Virus record (IMG/VR): IMGVR_UViG_3300044727_000112
DNA length: 64,000 nucleotides
Origin: an uncultured virus (IMG/VR IMGVR_UViG_3300044727_000112)
Lineage: Duplodnaviria > Heunggongvirae > Uroviricota > Caudoviricetes
Strand: one strand, 5' to 3'
Shown: positions 43,601-52,806 of the stretch, in pieces
Position numbering within the stretch: the stretch's first letter is position 1
Layout: the number at the start of each line of letters is the position of its first letter
Position numbers and translations under genes: made by a program
Notes under the pieces: generated by a model
Told to the model about the DNA's origin: nothing
Seen by the model: only the letters and a program-made list of their open reading frames with translations
Database searches by the model: none

Positions 43601-45412
43601 TTCCTGGCCAACAGCAGCAATTTCCCTACGCACCGCGCCGATATCAGGTAGATTATCCCTTACTATATTACCATCTCGATTTTTTAGCGCCCAGGTACCG
43701 TCAGGATTCTGAATTGTTCGGAAAGCACCTTTTTGCGGTGGGAGAGCCGATTCCGTCGATCGCTGGGTCGCCAGCCGGTTGGCCGCCTCGCGCGCGCGCA
43801 GCTGCTGGCCGACGGTATGCCCGGTCGGTGTCTGCTCGAGCGGCAGCGGGCGGGTACCCCGGCGCTCCAGTTCATTGGCGATACTGGTCCGCATGAACGG
43901 TGAAAGATTGGGGAGCTCGTGCAGATCCCGGAGTTCGGCTGTCGGCCGATCGGATAAATGCTGGACCGCCCCCGCTTCGACCGGAGTTGGCCCCCGCACC
44001 GCCTCATCCGGGCGGGCTGCAGCCACTGCAGGTGGCTTGGCTTCATCGGGGGCAGCACGGGGCTCGGATACTACGCCTTCGTCAGCCCTACGTCCTTCCG
44101 CCGGCGGGCCCCGCTGCTCTGGCGCTGACTGCGACTCCTGGATCGCATGAGTGACTGTCGGATCGCCCTCGCCGACATTCAGCCCTTTGCTGGTGGTCTC
44201 TGGAGCTCGAGTTGGCTCACCGGTATAGGCCGGCGTGTCATATGCCGGCTTGCGATAGGCATCCGGAATCTCGGTGTCAGCAGAATGCGGTGGCGTTGGC
44301 TCCGGCTTGGCATAACGATCGCCGGTGGTGTTGAGGTTCTCGCCCCCTCGCTCACGCTCGCCAGTTCCACCAATGGTCGTGCGGTTCTGTGGATCCCCGG
44401 TCGGCTCAGTGGTCGGTGGCCTGGGCTCCTGAGGGGCGCCGGGGCCTGCTTCGGAACCAGGGGTCTGCCCATGTTGGCCTGACGGGTCGGGTGCTGGCCT
44501 GGCTTCTATGGCAGGACGGCCGGTCAAACGGGAGACAGCCTGGGTGGTCCCACGCTCGATCGCTTGACCCCATTTGTACGGGTTGGGGGCTGCAGCGCCA
44601 GCCGCGCCTTGGGCAGCAATAAATGGCGCAGCTTCCTTGATCCCTTCAGGGGTGAAGAATTCCTTGCCCCGTTGATAGATCTGCGCGCCGGCTTCACCAG
44701 CCGCGCTGATGCCAGCCCCAAGCAGACGAGTGGCAGCAGTTGCTACCCCGCGCGGGCTGAAACCGGCGAGATTGGACGCTGCCTGACCGGCAGCGGCCGC
44801 ATAGGGGTGCTCTTTGATGTTGGCTGCACGCATGGCATCGTCATCGATGCCCATTGCCTTGGCGGCCTTGTCCTTGATGGTTTCGCCGGCGTAGCCACCA
44901 CCGAAACCGAAGACCAGACCGCCGACCAGGCCGCTGCCAGGAATGGGAATGAGGGCTTGGGTGGCAACGCCGCCGGCAATGCCGGTCGCAGCAGCGGCAA
45001 CCGCTGGACCGGCACCGTGCAGAACCTCGCGCATGAACGTGTCCCAGGCGCTCTCGGCTTTTGCCGGCTCGAGAGGCTTGAAACCTTCTTTTGGTGCAGG
45101 CTCCCAGTCATCAATTTTGGCTGCTTCCTTGGTAGCCGGCGGCTGGCCAAAGCCACCAGGAGGAGCCGGCTCCCAGTCATCATCTTTCTTTTTTGGCGGT
45201 GGCTGTGGTGGACCAGCTACCTGATAAGGCGGCGCGTTTTCAATTTCATCAGCAGCCGCTTGCTCTTCAGCTGGTTCAGGCGGCGGTGGGGGAGGTTCTG
45301 CTTGTTCTGGCGGACTGAAACCTTCCGCTGGAGCCGGCTCCCAATCGTCATCCTCCGGCGGGGTGTAATCACCGCCACCGTCATAAGAGAGATCCTCGTC
45401 CTCGTCGTCCAT
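40676..45412 (-). CDS. large internal virion (ejection) protein
   Basis: About 1580 aa; acidic N-terminus with 3x DDWEPAP, Gly/Ala hydrophobic segment, helical C-terminal half; last of three large genes after the tail genes. Confidence 0.65.
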   Translation of the reverse strand: MDDEDEDLSYDGGGDYTPPEDDDWEPAPAEGFSPPEQAEPPPPPPEPAEEQAAADEIENAPPYQVAGPPQPPPKKKDDDWEPAPPGGFGQPPATKEAAKIDDWEPAPKEGFKPLEPAKAESAWDTFMREVLHGAGPAVAAAATGIAGGVATQALIPIPGSGLVGGLVFGFGGGYAGETIKDKAAKAMGIDDDAMRAANIKEHPYAAAAGQAASNLAGFSPRGVATAATRLLGAGISAAGEAGAQIYQRGKEFFTPEGIKEAAPFIAAQGAAGAAAPNPYKWGQAIERGTTQAVSRLTGRPAIEARPAPDPSGQHGQTPGSEAGPGAPQEPRPPTTEPTGDPQNRTTIGGTGERERGGENLNTTGDRYAKPEPTPPHSADTEIPDAYRKPAYDTPAYTGEPTRAPETTSKGLNVGEGDPTVTHAIQESQSAPEQRGPPAEGRRADEGVVSEPRAAPDEAKPPAVAAARPDEAVRGPTPVEAGAVQHLSDRPTAELRDLHELPNLSPFMRTSIANELERRGTRPLPLEQTPTGHTVGQQLRAREAANRLATQRSTESALPPQKGAFRTIQNPDGTWALKNRDGNIVRDNLPDIGAVRREIAAVGQENLKGSTDRPSIQGMIRREPVEGGRGRGGRPIATERRTMTEQPEQGRYPILEKGAEKATGPRPPGELPPRRQAMERQPPNEFARLTDQELHARGQNPKTSTLQREAIINELQRRQSQRLTAQPAQTAQPVPAGARRQVPQVQPQPGGPGRGGPPPGGLPPGGGPRPAARQVPPTPPPPAAKKPLAAATPEDFRTGFTAAMQRWLGVTASSTPSGRAARNIIMKAEGRAEQEKQIAKHSFSDKMHRLLNTSSPTEQRMMVNYIQGGNHFPGYVPPKDFLPVVDALRKVYANYRDYITSLPKFQQQQFWNSNTYLTGHFKDPQGVAGFMSTYADSGPKAGGAGSLKQKKFPTDEDAISAGFEPVTHNPIERVLMYVDSMSKYMSWQQQLHEGKAAGYISHFAPESIGGAGTPNAPQRNAPPPGWARINGVVDEGGRSAYAPREFAETMNNFHSAGLSGAGVPREALDAWRRVSNAYTAVELLGPAYHAFTTLHETIAQPLGTAVSQVMAGRPDLAAISFAKGIAMPVTGFRTANRIRDIYLAGRDQAKLTSMNATPQERAIVDAMRDANWKPFGISHTLDYDMSRAGSAWTAALRGQFTPAKIKEEISRIYGAGDIKAGVMYPFRIAGQVMQAISQPLFEVVIPRLKAAAAFHNIKSWLDSNPTATPAELHEVSIKTLKNVDNFMGEMVHDNTMMNRAVRDIMSLGLRSPSFSIGGVIRGLGAGWASGIKGAYYGQNRASITSKNYDPRVASAIAYPLATGLLGLTYTYLKTGKIEQDDVMPAFMGTPHTGGTAPGVGGKKEIKEQALLPGYHKDVRAYLRPFTTEGGEFSQIGEELRNKMPGLTSSLLEQASNRRMTAYGPEPIVPPHASLKEWMETRAKAAGEKMLPIMGKQMIQTPRIGSKITYPEQIIGIRPPGTWQTDPEGYGKSAIDREEREWRRAEKAKNRDLQSRGLPQEPPRKFARGGPVQRSTGYHR

Positions 45413-45414
45413 GC

Positions 45415-48400
45415 TTATTGGCTCGGTTGCGACGGACGAGCTTCCCACTTGCCGGTCGACTTGCTACGGCCCCAGGTCCAGCCTTTCGGAATATCCCATC
45501 CTTTCGGTGTGGCATCGCCACGATAGGTCTCCAGATCCGCAGCGCCATCACGCGCCGTCGGCTTGGTAACTTCCACTGGTGCTGTCGTTCCCGGATTATT
45601 TCCGATCCGCGGGCGCAATTGCTCATAGAGATCGTTCTTGGTCGCTGTTTCGCGCATTCGAGCGATTAATGCATCCTCCTCGGGCTTGAATTGGTATGGT
45701 TTGCCGGGATTGTCTTTGGCCCATCGTGTTTGGTCGGCGAGCAATTGTTTGAAGGCATTGCCCTCACGCTCGCGCACCAGATTGCCAAGCTGGGACATAT
45801 CTGTGCGATATTTCAGAGCATCAAGCGAATTTTGAGAGCGTTTATTTTGTTCCCCTTGTTTGTATCGCTCGCGCTCGTCTTTCTGCTGCGGCGTTTCTTT
45901 GTAGCGCAAGTCCTCCTGGTGCTGGGTAGTCTTAGCCGCATCTGACCGCAATCGCTCCAAGGCCCGCGCCTGCTTGTCGGGATCAGCCGGATACTGCCTG
46001 TAAGCGCGATCCTGCAGCTTGTAGTCCTCATAATCCTTCTTGTACTGCTCTGCCTTTTGTTCGCGGGTACCGAAATATTGACCGGGCTTGCGCTCCAGTT
46101 CCTGCTGGGTCGGCGCCGGCCGCGGCTGATTAGGTTGTGGCTGGGTCTGTTGCGGCTGCTGTAGTTGGCGACCAGGCTTGTCCGGATCCGCTTGCGGCCC
46201 CCGCTGTTGCGGTGGCTGGGCTGATCCAGCAGCAGGACGATAGGTATTGGTAGCTGGATCGAACGTCCCCTGCTGCCGTGCCGGTGAATTTTGATAGCCA
46301 GTCTGCGGCCGATAACCCGGCAAATCATTCGCCCGCGGTCCGGTATCTTTGCCGTAATATTGTCCACCCGGAGCATAATCTCTGGTTGGCGTCTGCCGGG
46401 TGCCGTCCGGCAAAGTATTGAACGGAACGACCGGCCGTGGAGAATCTCCTCCAGAGGGTGCGGCCGGCCCCATAGGTCCGGCATTATTTCGTTGCCAACG
46501 TCCGTCCGGTAATTGCGTCCAATTGCGTGCGTCTGATGAATCCGGGCGTGGTCGTCCGCCTGGTGGAACGTAATCGTGGGATCCCGGCCTTGCATTTGGG
46601 TTGAGGATCTGTCCCCCCGGCCGATACAAGAACGGATCGTAGTTTGGGTTTATGTTCTCGTGGGGTTGTACCCGCTGCTGTCTCGGCTGTTGCTGCCCAG
46701 GAGCCGACGGACCAGCCTGACGCTGTGGCTGTTGCTGTAGCTGTTGCACCCGATCGCCACCTGCACCCGCTGGCTGCGGAGTCGCAGCCGGAGCCTGACC
46801 AGGTAATCCTGCAGCGATCCGCTGGGCCTGTGCCAACGGAGCCTCAGGTGTCGCTGCTGGTCCGGCTTCCGCCGGCCGCGGCTGAGGCATCGGGGTTCCA
46901 GGAGGAGCTTGAACCTGTGCCGTACCTCCAGTCGGTGGCGGCATCATCGGGCCAGCCACCTGATACGGCGGTGCATTCTCCGGGTTCTGTGCCGGTCCCT
47001 GCATTGCCGCCTGCAGAGTGGCATCGATCCCCTTATCGGCAGCGATATCGAACACACTGCCTGCGCCCTTGGCGTAATCCTGGAATTGCTGCGGGCTGAG
47101 ATGATAGGTCCGCGCGGCCTCACCATTCTCGGGCCGCACGATCGCAGTGATCAACCCGTTCTCGGTCGGATGGAACGAGACCTGGTTGCCGTTCGGAATG
47201 AGATTGTTGAGCTTCTCGGCAATCTGTAGCGCCTCTACGAACTTGCCCTGGCCGGTGGCCGCGACCATTGCCGCCCGTAGATTGTCATAAGACGGCCGCA
47301 GCGCCTGGACAAAGCGCGAGGCGCCATCGATGTCGCCCTTGCCCATCAGATCCTGGAACGCTTTGCGGATCGAGCCGCTCTGATCGAGGTGTGGGTTCTC
47401 CTGGGTAGCCCGGTCGAGCAGTTGGGTCATCTGCTCCGGAGTAAAATTGCGTTCACCCTTGAGATAATTTGTAAGCTGCTGTGAAGCCCCGGCCGGTGGT
47501 GCTGGTCCCTGTACCCCAGAAACCGCTTGCGGTTGGGTTGCAGCTTCTCCTTGTGGCCGCGCTTGCGGCATCGGCACCTGCGGCTGTTCTTGTGGCTGCG
47601 GTGCCACCGGAGGAGGCCTGCCTTCCTCAGAAGCAGCCGGCTCTGGAGCCTGTGCCGGCGTCGGAGGCGGCGGCAAGGGAGCTATCGCACCTGGTAATGG
47701 CGCACGTTCCGGCAGTGGCTCCTGCTGATCGACCACCTGCTGCGGTTGCGGTTGCTGCTGTGGATGCTGTCCCTTGTCGAGGCCGAACTGCTTGCGGGTC
47801 CAGTCGAGCGCCTCTCTTAGCTGCTGCTCCGGATCATCCTGCCGTGCCTGCTGAGGCTGGAAACCGACCGGCTCCTGGGCAGCATCATCCTGCGCCCGCA
47901 GGGCCTCTGGATCACGATCGGCCTGATCTTGAGGTGGAGCATTGTAGCCGGTTGGAGCTCCCCTGCCCTCACCGCCACCTTCCTCTCCCTCTTCTTCCGG
48001 CGGCTGCTGCTGTTGTGCTGGACCACCACCCTCTTCGCCGCCGCCTTCCTCGCCTCCTTCATCCGGCGGTGGTCTTTCTGAAGGCTGTGGTAGCTCTTCC
48101 TCATCAACTGGTTCCGGAACATCCGGCTCTTCATCGTCCTCGACGTCACCACCTTCTTGGTAACCAGTCTTTCGACGCACTGAGCCACCACGCCGATAAT
48201 TCTGCTCTTCCGGCAGTGAAGGAGCCCCTTCTGGCATGGTTGCCAGCGGACCAGCATCCTCGACGGCATGATCTGGATCATGGCTGCGCGATGTCAGTGC
48301 TGACGCCATCATGACAGGTCCACTGACGCCGTAACCAACCTCGCCGCCGGTCGCAAACTTCGGCATGCCGTAGCCGGTGCGTGGAGCTCCCTCCCATTTG

Positions 48401-48459
48401 CGCATGGCGGCAGACTCAGTGTCTCCTCGCAATGTATTTCGACGTTGCCGCTTTCTCAT
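45415..48459 (-). CDS. internal virion protein, Pro/Gln-rich
   Basis: 1014 aa, low complexity around a helical core. Confidence 0.6.
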   Translation of the reverse strand: MRKRQRRNTLRGDTESAAMRKWEGAPRTGYGMPKFATGGEVGYGVSGPVMMASALTSRSHDPDHAVEDAGPLATMPEGAPSLPEEQNYRRGGSVRRKTGYQEGGDVEDDEEPDVPEPVDEEELPQPSERPPPDEGGEEGGGEEGGGPAQQQQPPEEEGEEGGGEGRGAPTGYNAPPQDQADRDPEALRAQDDAAQEPVGFQPQQARQDDPEQQLREALDWTRKQFGLDKGQHPQQQPQPQQVVDQQEPLPERAPLPGAIAPLPPPPTPAQAPEPAASEEGRPPPVAPQPQEQPQVPMPQARPQGEAATQPQAVSGVQGPAPPAGASQQLTNYLKGERNFTPEQMTQLLDRATQENPHLDQSGSIRKAFQDLMGKGDIDGASRFVQALRPSYDNLRAAMVAATGQGKFVEALQIAEKLNNLIPNGNQVSFHPTENGLITAIVRPENGEAARTYHLSPQQFQDYAKGAGSVFDIAADKGIDATLQAAMQGPAQNPENAPPYQVAGPMMPPPTGGTAQVQAPPGTPMPQPRPAEAGPAATPEAPLAQAQRIAAGLPGQAPAATPQPAGAGGDRVQQLQQQPQRQAGPSAPGQQQPRQQRVQPHENINPNYDPFLYRPGGQILNPNARPGSHDYVPPGGRPRPDSSDARNWTQLPDGRWQRNNAGPMGPAAPSGGDSPRPVVPFNTLPDGTRQTPTRDYAPGGQYYGKDTGPRANDLPGYRPQTGYQNSPARQQGTFDPATNTYRPAAGSAQPPQQRGPQADPDKPGRQLQQPQQTQPQPNQPRPAPTQQELERKPGQYFGTREQKAEQYKKDYEDYKLQDRAYRQYPADPDKQARALERLRSDAAKTTQHQEDLRYKETPQQKDERERYKQGEQNKRSQNSLDALKYRTDMSQLGNLVREREGNAFKQLLADQTRWAKDNPGKPYQFKPEEDALIARMRETATKNDLYEQLRPRIGNNPGTTAPVEVTKPTARDGAADLETYRGDATPKGWDIPKGWTWGRSKSTGKWEARPSQPSQ

Positions 48460-51119
48460 CGTTGCGGTCCACCATATCCAGTCGACGGCTGCCCACCGCC
48501 CTGACCTTGTTTACGAGCCTGCTGAATCAGCTTGTAGAAAAACTCCTTACCCTTCCATTTCGCCACATCTTTGGGGATCACGAACTCCTCAGCATTGAGC
48601 CTGGCGTCGACGTCATCAGTTTGCGAACCACCTGATGGCGAGAGCTCGCGCGAAACAAAACCGCCGCTTGTTGCTTGCTGTTGATTCGGTCCACGCTGGG
48701 CCGGACCACCACCCGCCATTCGTTGTGGAGGCTGCATGCCGCCGCCGGCCATTGGCATGGCCCCAGCTTGCGATTGCGGCATGCCATTGGCCTGCAGGTA
48801 GCCCCGCCGCGGCATCGCTGACGGTCCACCCGCTGCCATTTGCATGATGTTCGGTGCCGGCTGTGGCGGTCGCCGTGCTGGTCCACCCATTGCAAAGCGT
48901 TGTATTGGTGCAACCCCCTCTGGCGGCCGCGGTGGCCGTGGCGGCATATCCAGGCGACGACCTCTGTCCGTAATCGGCGGACGTGGAGGGTTGTAACCAG
49001 TTCGGCGTATCGGACGTCCTGGCGGCCGCATTGGGAGTCTTGGTCGCATCGGTCGCATCGGTCCACGGGTTCTCATCGGCATTGGTTGCCTCCGTCGCAC
49101 TGGACCACCGCGGGCATATTCCTCTTCATAATCGCCACCCCAGTCGCCGCTGTCGTCATAGGTGTCGCTGTTGTCATACTGATCGCCGCCGCTGTCGCTA
49201 GTATCGTAATCGCCGTAATCGTCGTAGCTCTGATCATCCCAGTTGCTCTGATCGTCAGCCCAACTAGAATCGTCCCAGTTGCTCTGGTCGTCCCAACCGG
49301 AATCGTCGTAGCCCTGGTCGCCGCCCCAATCGCTTTGATCGTCATACTGATCGCCGTACTGATCGCCGTACTGATCGCCACCCCAATCGCTTTGATTGTC
49401 GTACTGATCGCCGTACTGATCGCCGTACTGATCGCCGCCCCAGTCAGTTTGATCGCCGTATTGATCGCCGTATTGATCGCCGCCCCAGTCAGTTTGATCG
49501 CCATATTGATCGCCGCCCCAGTTGTCATACTGATTGGCGTCTTGCTCTCCATAGCCTTGATCGCTGTAGGGATCGTACTGAGTAAAATCCTCACCGCTGA
49601 AATCGTAGCCGCCGTATTCCTCACCACCTGTACCGCTGACATCAGTGCCGTACTGATCTTGCCACTGGCTTAAATCTTGTCCGCCTTCCGGCACTTGCCA
49701 ATCACCACCTGCGACCTGATAAGGCGGTGCATTTTCGTAATCACCAGCCATCGGTGCGTCATACTGGTTCTGATCGTAATCGCTGGTGTAGGGCGCACCG
49801 GTATAGTCACCCTCGGCCCCATATTGCGTGGGATCGAACTGGCCGGCGTAATCACCTGGCAGCTGATACTCGGGGCCTTCACCAGTGCCGGTGGTGTCTT
49901 GCCCTGGCGCTGCACCCTGATCACCAGTCGGCGCCTGCCAATCCTCGCCACCGGCCGTTTGCCAGGGCTGACCGGCTTCAGCACCGGCAAGCGGATTACC
50001 TTCACCCAGCGGATTGCCTTCAACCAGGGTCTGCCCAGGCTCCGGCGTATAATCCGGAGGCGGGTCGGTTAGTCGTGGGAACTCCGTACCGGGCTGCTCT
50101 TCCGGCGACGGCTGCTCCTCCGTCGTCTCCGGCGGCGGCCGCTCCTCTGTCGTTGTTTCCGATGGCGGTTTATCGGGATCTTCTACCGGCGACGGTTTGT
50201 CCGGATCCTCAACCGGCGGCGGTTTATTGGGATCCTCTACCGGCGGCTGCTCTTCATCTGGCGGCTTGGGTGGTGTTGGCGCTGGTCCTGGCGGCTTCGG
50301 TCCAGGCTTTGGCGCTGCAGGAGCCCTGCCACCACCAGCGCCAGCACCTGCGCCTCCTCGAGGAGCCGCGGGCTGCCGTGGTTGACCGCCACCGCCACCG
50401 CCGCCCTGGTCACCTCCGCCACCACCCGGTGGCTTCTCTCCACCGCCACCAGCCTTCGCACCACCACCGCCACCAGCCTGTGCCGGATCGATAGTCTGGC
50501 TCTTGCTTTCCTGGGTGCTCTGGCTGTCCTGGGTATGCTGCGAGGTCGACGTGTTACCCAGCGGCGGATATTTCAACTGCGAGCCAGTGGCCAACAGGGC
50601 ATTCATCGCCTTGGCAGCCTCGTAACCGGTCTGGGTGTTCTGCAGCGAGGCTGAGATCGCCTGGTTGCGCATGGCATTGCCAGCGGCCTCATCAGCCATC
50701 CGCTGCTGGTTACCTGCACCAGCAGCGGAAGCCGACGACATCACGCGGTTGGCTTTATCCAATGCCGCGTACCGACCGGAGGACGGGTCGATGCCGTAGC
50801 TCTCGAGATCTCGGATGGATGACAGCCGGCCCTTCTCGGCCGCCTGCTGTACGCCTGCTTCCGCCATCCCCATGTCGACAGCAATGCGCTGCGGGCTGGC
50901 ATAGGACAGCGCATCTCGCATCAGGCCATCAATGCTGCCCTGGTTTTTGTTGAATTGGTCCATGCCCCATTTGTAGACTTCGGGGGCTTGATCGAAGGCG
51001 TATTGCGCAATGGCCTGCAGCAGCGGCGCTTGCGTATAATCCGGGATGTAGGTGCCAGCTTGACTGGTGCCCTGACCGGTACTGGTGCTTTGACCAGAAG
51101 AAGAACTACTCGCTGCCAT
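48456..51119 (-). CDS. internal virion/pilot-like protein with acidic repeats
   Basis: Ser-rich start, YGIDPSSGRY, GDQY repeats, C-terminal TDDVDARLNAEEFVIP. Confidence 0.65.
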   Translation of the reverse strand: MAASSSSSGQSTSTGQGTSQAGTYIPDYTQAPLLQAIAQYAFDQAPEVYKWGMDQFNKNQGSIDGLMRDALSYASPQRIAVDMGMAEAGVQQAAEKGRLSSIRDLESYGIDPSSGRYAALDKANRVMSSASAAGAGNQQRMADEAAGNAMRNQAISASLQNTQTGYEAAKAMNALLATGSQLKYPPLGNTSTSQHTQDSQSTQESKSQTIDPAQAGGGGGAKAGGGGEKPPGGGGGDQGGGGGGGQPRQPAAPRGGAGAGAGGGRAPAAPKPGPKPPGPAPTPPKPPDEEQPPVEDPNKPPPVEDPDKPSPVEDPDKPPSETTTEERPPPETTEEQPSPEEQPGTEFPRLTDPPPDYTPEPGQTLVEGNPLGEGNPLAGAEAGQPWQTAGGEDWQAPTGDQGAAPGQDTTGTGEGPEYQLPGDYAGQFDPTQYGAEGDYTGAPYTSDYDQNQYDAPMAGDYENAPPYQVAGGDWQVPEGGQDLSQWQDQYGTDVSGTGGEEYGGYDFSGEDFTQYDPYSDQGYGEQDANQYDNWGGDQYGDQTDWGGDQYGDQYGDQTDWGGDQYGDQYGDQYDNQSDWGGDQYGDQYGDQYDDQSDWGGDQGYDDSGWDDQSNWDDSSWADDQSNWDDQSYDDYGDYDTSDSGGDQYDNSDTYDDSGDWGGDYEEEYARGGPVRRRQPMPMRTRGPMRPMRPRLPMRPPGRPIRRTGYNPPRPPITDRGRRLDMPPRPPRPPEGVAPIQRFAMGGPARRPPQPAPNIMQMAAGGPSAMPRRGYLQANGMPQSQAGAMPMAGGGMQPPQRMAGGGPAQRGPNQQQATSGGFVSRELSPSGGSQTDDVDARLNAEEFVIPKDVAKWKGKEFFYKLIQQARKQGQGGGQPSTGYGGPQR
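49130..49540 (-). repeat. GDQY / DWGG tandem coding repeats
   Basis: 12-nt TGATCGCCGTAY units nested in longer repeats. Confidence 0.85.
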
Positions 51120-51178
51120 GCGCTAGGCCCTGGAAAAAGCTGGACTTTTCCAGCCTCTCCCGCCCTAACAGAAAAACA

Positions 51179-51193
51179 CTAAGGAATGCTTAA
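51179..51193. promoter_or_regulatory. CTAA-N7-TTAA (degenerate CtrA-type box)
   Basis: Upstream of the internal-protein operon; flank CTAAC-N9 matches the portal promoter. Confidence 0.5.
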
Positions 51194-51195
51194 GA

Positions 51196-52323
51196 TCACT
51201 CGCGCGCGCCAACGACCAGGCTCCAGCACCTGGTCCCCTTGGGGCCTACGACCTGGTTCTTCCACTCGATGCCGTCTTCACTGTACGAGATGCAGGGGCT
51301 GCCACTGTCATCAGCACCGCAAGCAACAAACACGTAATAGCCGTAGGCCACACTGGATCCAAATTTGATTTTTGAATTGCAGCTACCCAACTTCTTACCG
51401 GTGTTGGCATCGCTTATTACACCATCAGGATCATGATAATCGTAACCCGGCGTGCCGGGGCCATGATTGCCGTGTGCATTCGGAAAACTAATTATAAGTG
51501 TGCGTCCGGAATATCTGCCTTTCCGCACCGGACCATTCGCTTTGTTTCTGTTCGACAGCTGATAGAGATCACGAATTGGAATTTTCTTTGGATCTGCTGC
51601 CAACGGTGCAGCAGCTGCTGTTGCCAGCATGCGTGACATGGCAGGACGAGCCAAGGCAGGAACAGCCATGGCAGGACCAACTTCAACATCAGGTAGCTTC
51701 ACCTGGGCATGGAACTCATCTGGATCAACATCGATCACAGCCGGAGCGGCAAACGATTCAACAGCTGATGCAACAGCTAGTGATCGTGCTGCAAAAGAAG
51801 AAGGCGCGTGATATCGCTCTGGCGTCCAGGTCTCACCACTTTTAGATGTGAACGTATCAGCATGATCAAATGATGCACTCTCCAACCTGGCTTGATTGCT
51901 GGATTCATTGACACCTTGAAAATCAACAAAAAACTGTGAAGTAAAATGTCTCTCGTCAAAAAACCGTGTTTCTACAAAAGCTTTTCCCTCATGACTGATG
52001 GCAAGACCAGACATGACATCTGTTTGGTCGTTCGTTAAGCCTTGCCCACCCAATATCCATAACGGCTCGCCATCAGGCTCGAAACTCTTGCGCATCCAAA
52101 GTCCGGAAGTGAATCCGTAAAGTCCACCAGGAGTGTGATAACGCTTACCGGCAGACCAGACCATGCCGTCGTCAGAGGTGTAAAGAAATCCATTATCAGG
52201 AACAGAAAATAAACCGACCTGGCTGATATCACCCACCATGAAAAAGCATTTCTTCTCACTCTGCCAATTCACGTCGGTGACACGTTCAAAAAAATCCTCT
52301 TTGAACAGTACCCGTCCAGGCAC
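51196..52323 (-). CDS. Asp-box (BNR) beta-propeller tail protein
   Basis: YTSDDGMVW, FTSKSGETW, YSEDGIEW. Confidence 0.6.
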   Translation of the reverse strand: MPGRVLFKEDFFERVTDVNWQSEKKCFFMVGDISQVGLFSVPDNGFLYTSDDGMVWSAGKRYHTPGGLYGFTSGLWMRKSFEPDGEPLWILGGQGLTNDQTDVMSGLAISHEGKAFVETRFFDERHFTSQFFVDFQGVNESSNQARLESASFDHADTFTSKSGETWTPERYHAPSSFAARSLAVASAVESFAAPAVIDVDPDEFHAQVKLPDVEVGPAMAVPALARPAMSRMLATAAAAPLAADPKKIPIRDLYQLSNRNKANGPVRKGRYSGRTLIISFPNAHGNHGPGTPGYDYHDPDGVISDANTGKKLGSCNSKIKFGSSVAYGYYVFVACGADDSGSPCISYSEDGIEWKNQVVGPKGTRCWSLVVGARE

Positions 52324-52806
52324 TTATTCCCCCGTGAACGATCCCGTTGGAAACAATGGCTCGGTGCCAGGTTCATCAAGCTGTTTTACATAACGCCAAA
52401 CAAACTCCGGATCATCGTGACTACGGTTCTCGAAATGCACGGCGTTGAGCCGCTGCACCCAGAGCCGTGATGTCTTGTCGATTGTACCACCGTCATGATG
52501 ATACATGAAGCCGGTAACCGCTTCGACTTCCTTTTGATCCCAAGCGGGATAATCAGTGTAGTGAGTGTTGCCTTCGGCCTTGAAAAATGGCGGGCTAGGC
52601 TTGTAGAGATTGTTGACCACCAGGCTGGAGGTGTATTGTCGCAGCACATCGCGCATGACATTGACAGTGCGGATGAGCGACGGCAGATCGGTAGCTGCCG
52701 GAATGCTTGGCACCGTCACTGGTCTGGGCTGACCCCCACTACCGCGAAACAGCGAGCGATAATATGGCAGCTGGCTATCGCTGACTGGACAAACGGGTGC
52801 AGTCAT
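52324..52806 (-). CDS. putative tail protein, paralog 3
   Basis: APVCPVS...IP...DL...N...NN. Confidence 0.6.
   Translation of the reverse strand: MTAPVCPVSDSQLPYYRSLFRGSGGQPRPVTVPSIPAATDLPSLIRTVNVMRDVLRQYTSSLVVNNLYKPSPPFFKAEGNTHYTDYPAWDQKEVEAVTGFMYHHDGGTIDKTSRLWVQRLNAVHFENRSHDDPEFVWRYVKQLDEPGTEPLFPTGSFTGE

Noticed and set aside
49130..49540. CRISPR-like array
   Set aside because: The repeats are in-frame multiples of 3 within a CDS and lack unique spacers.
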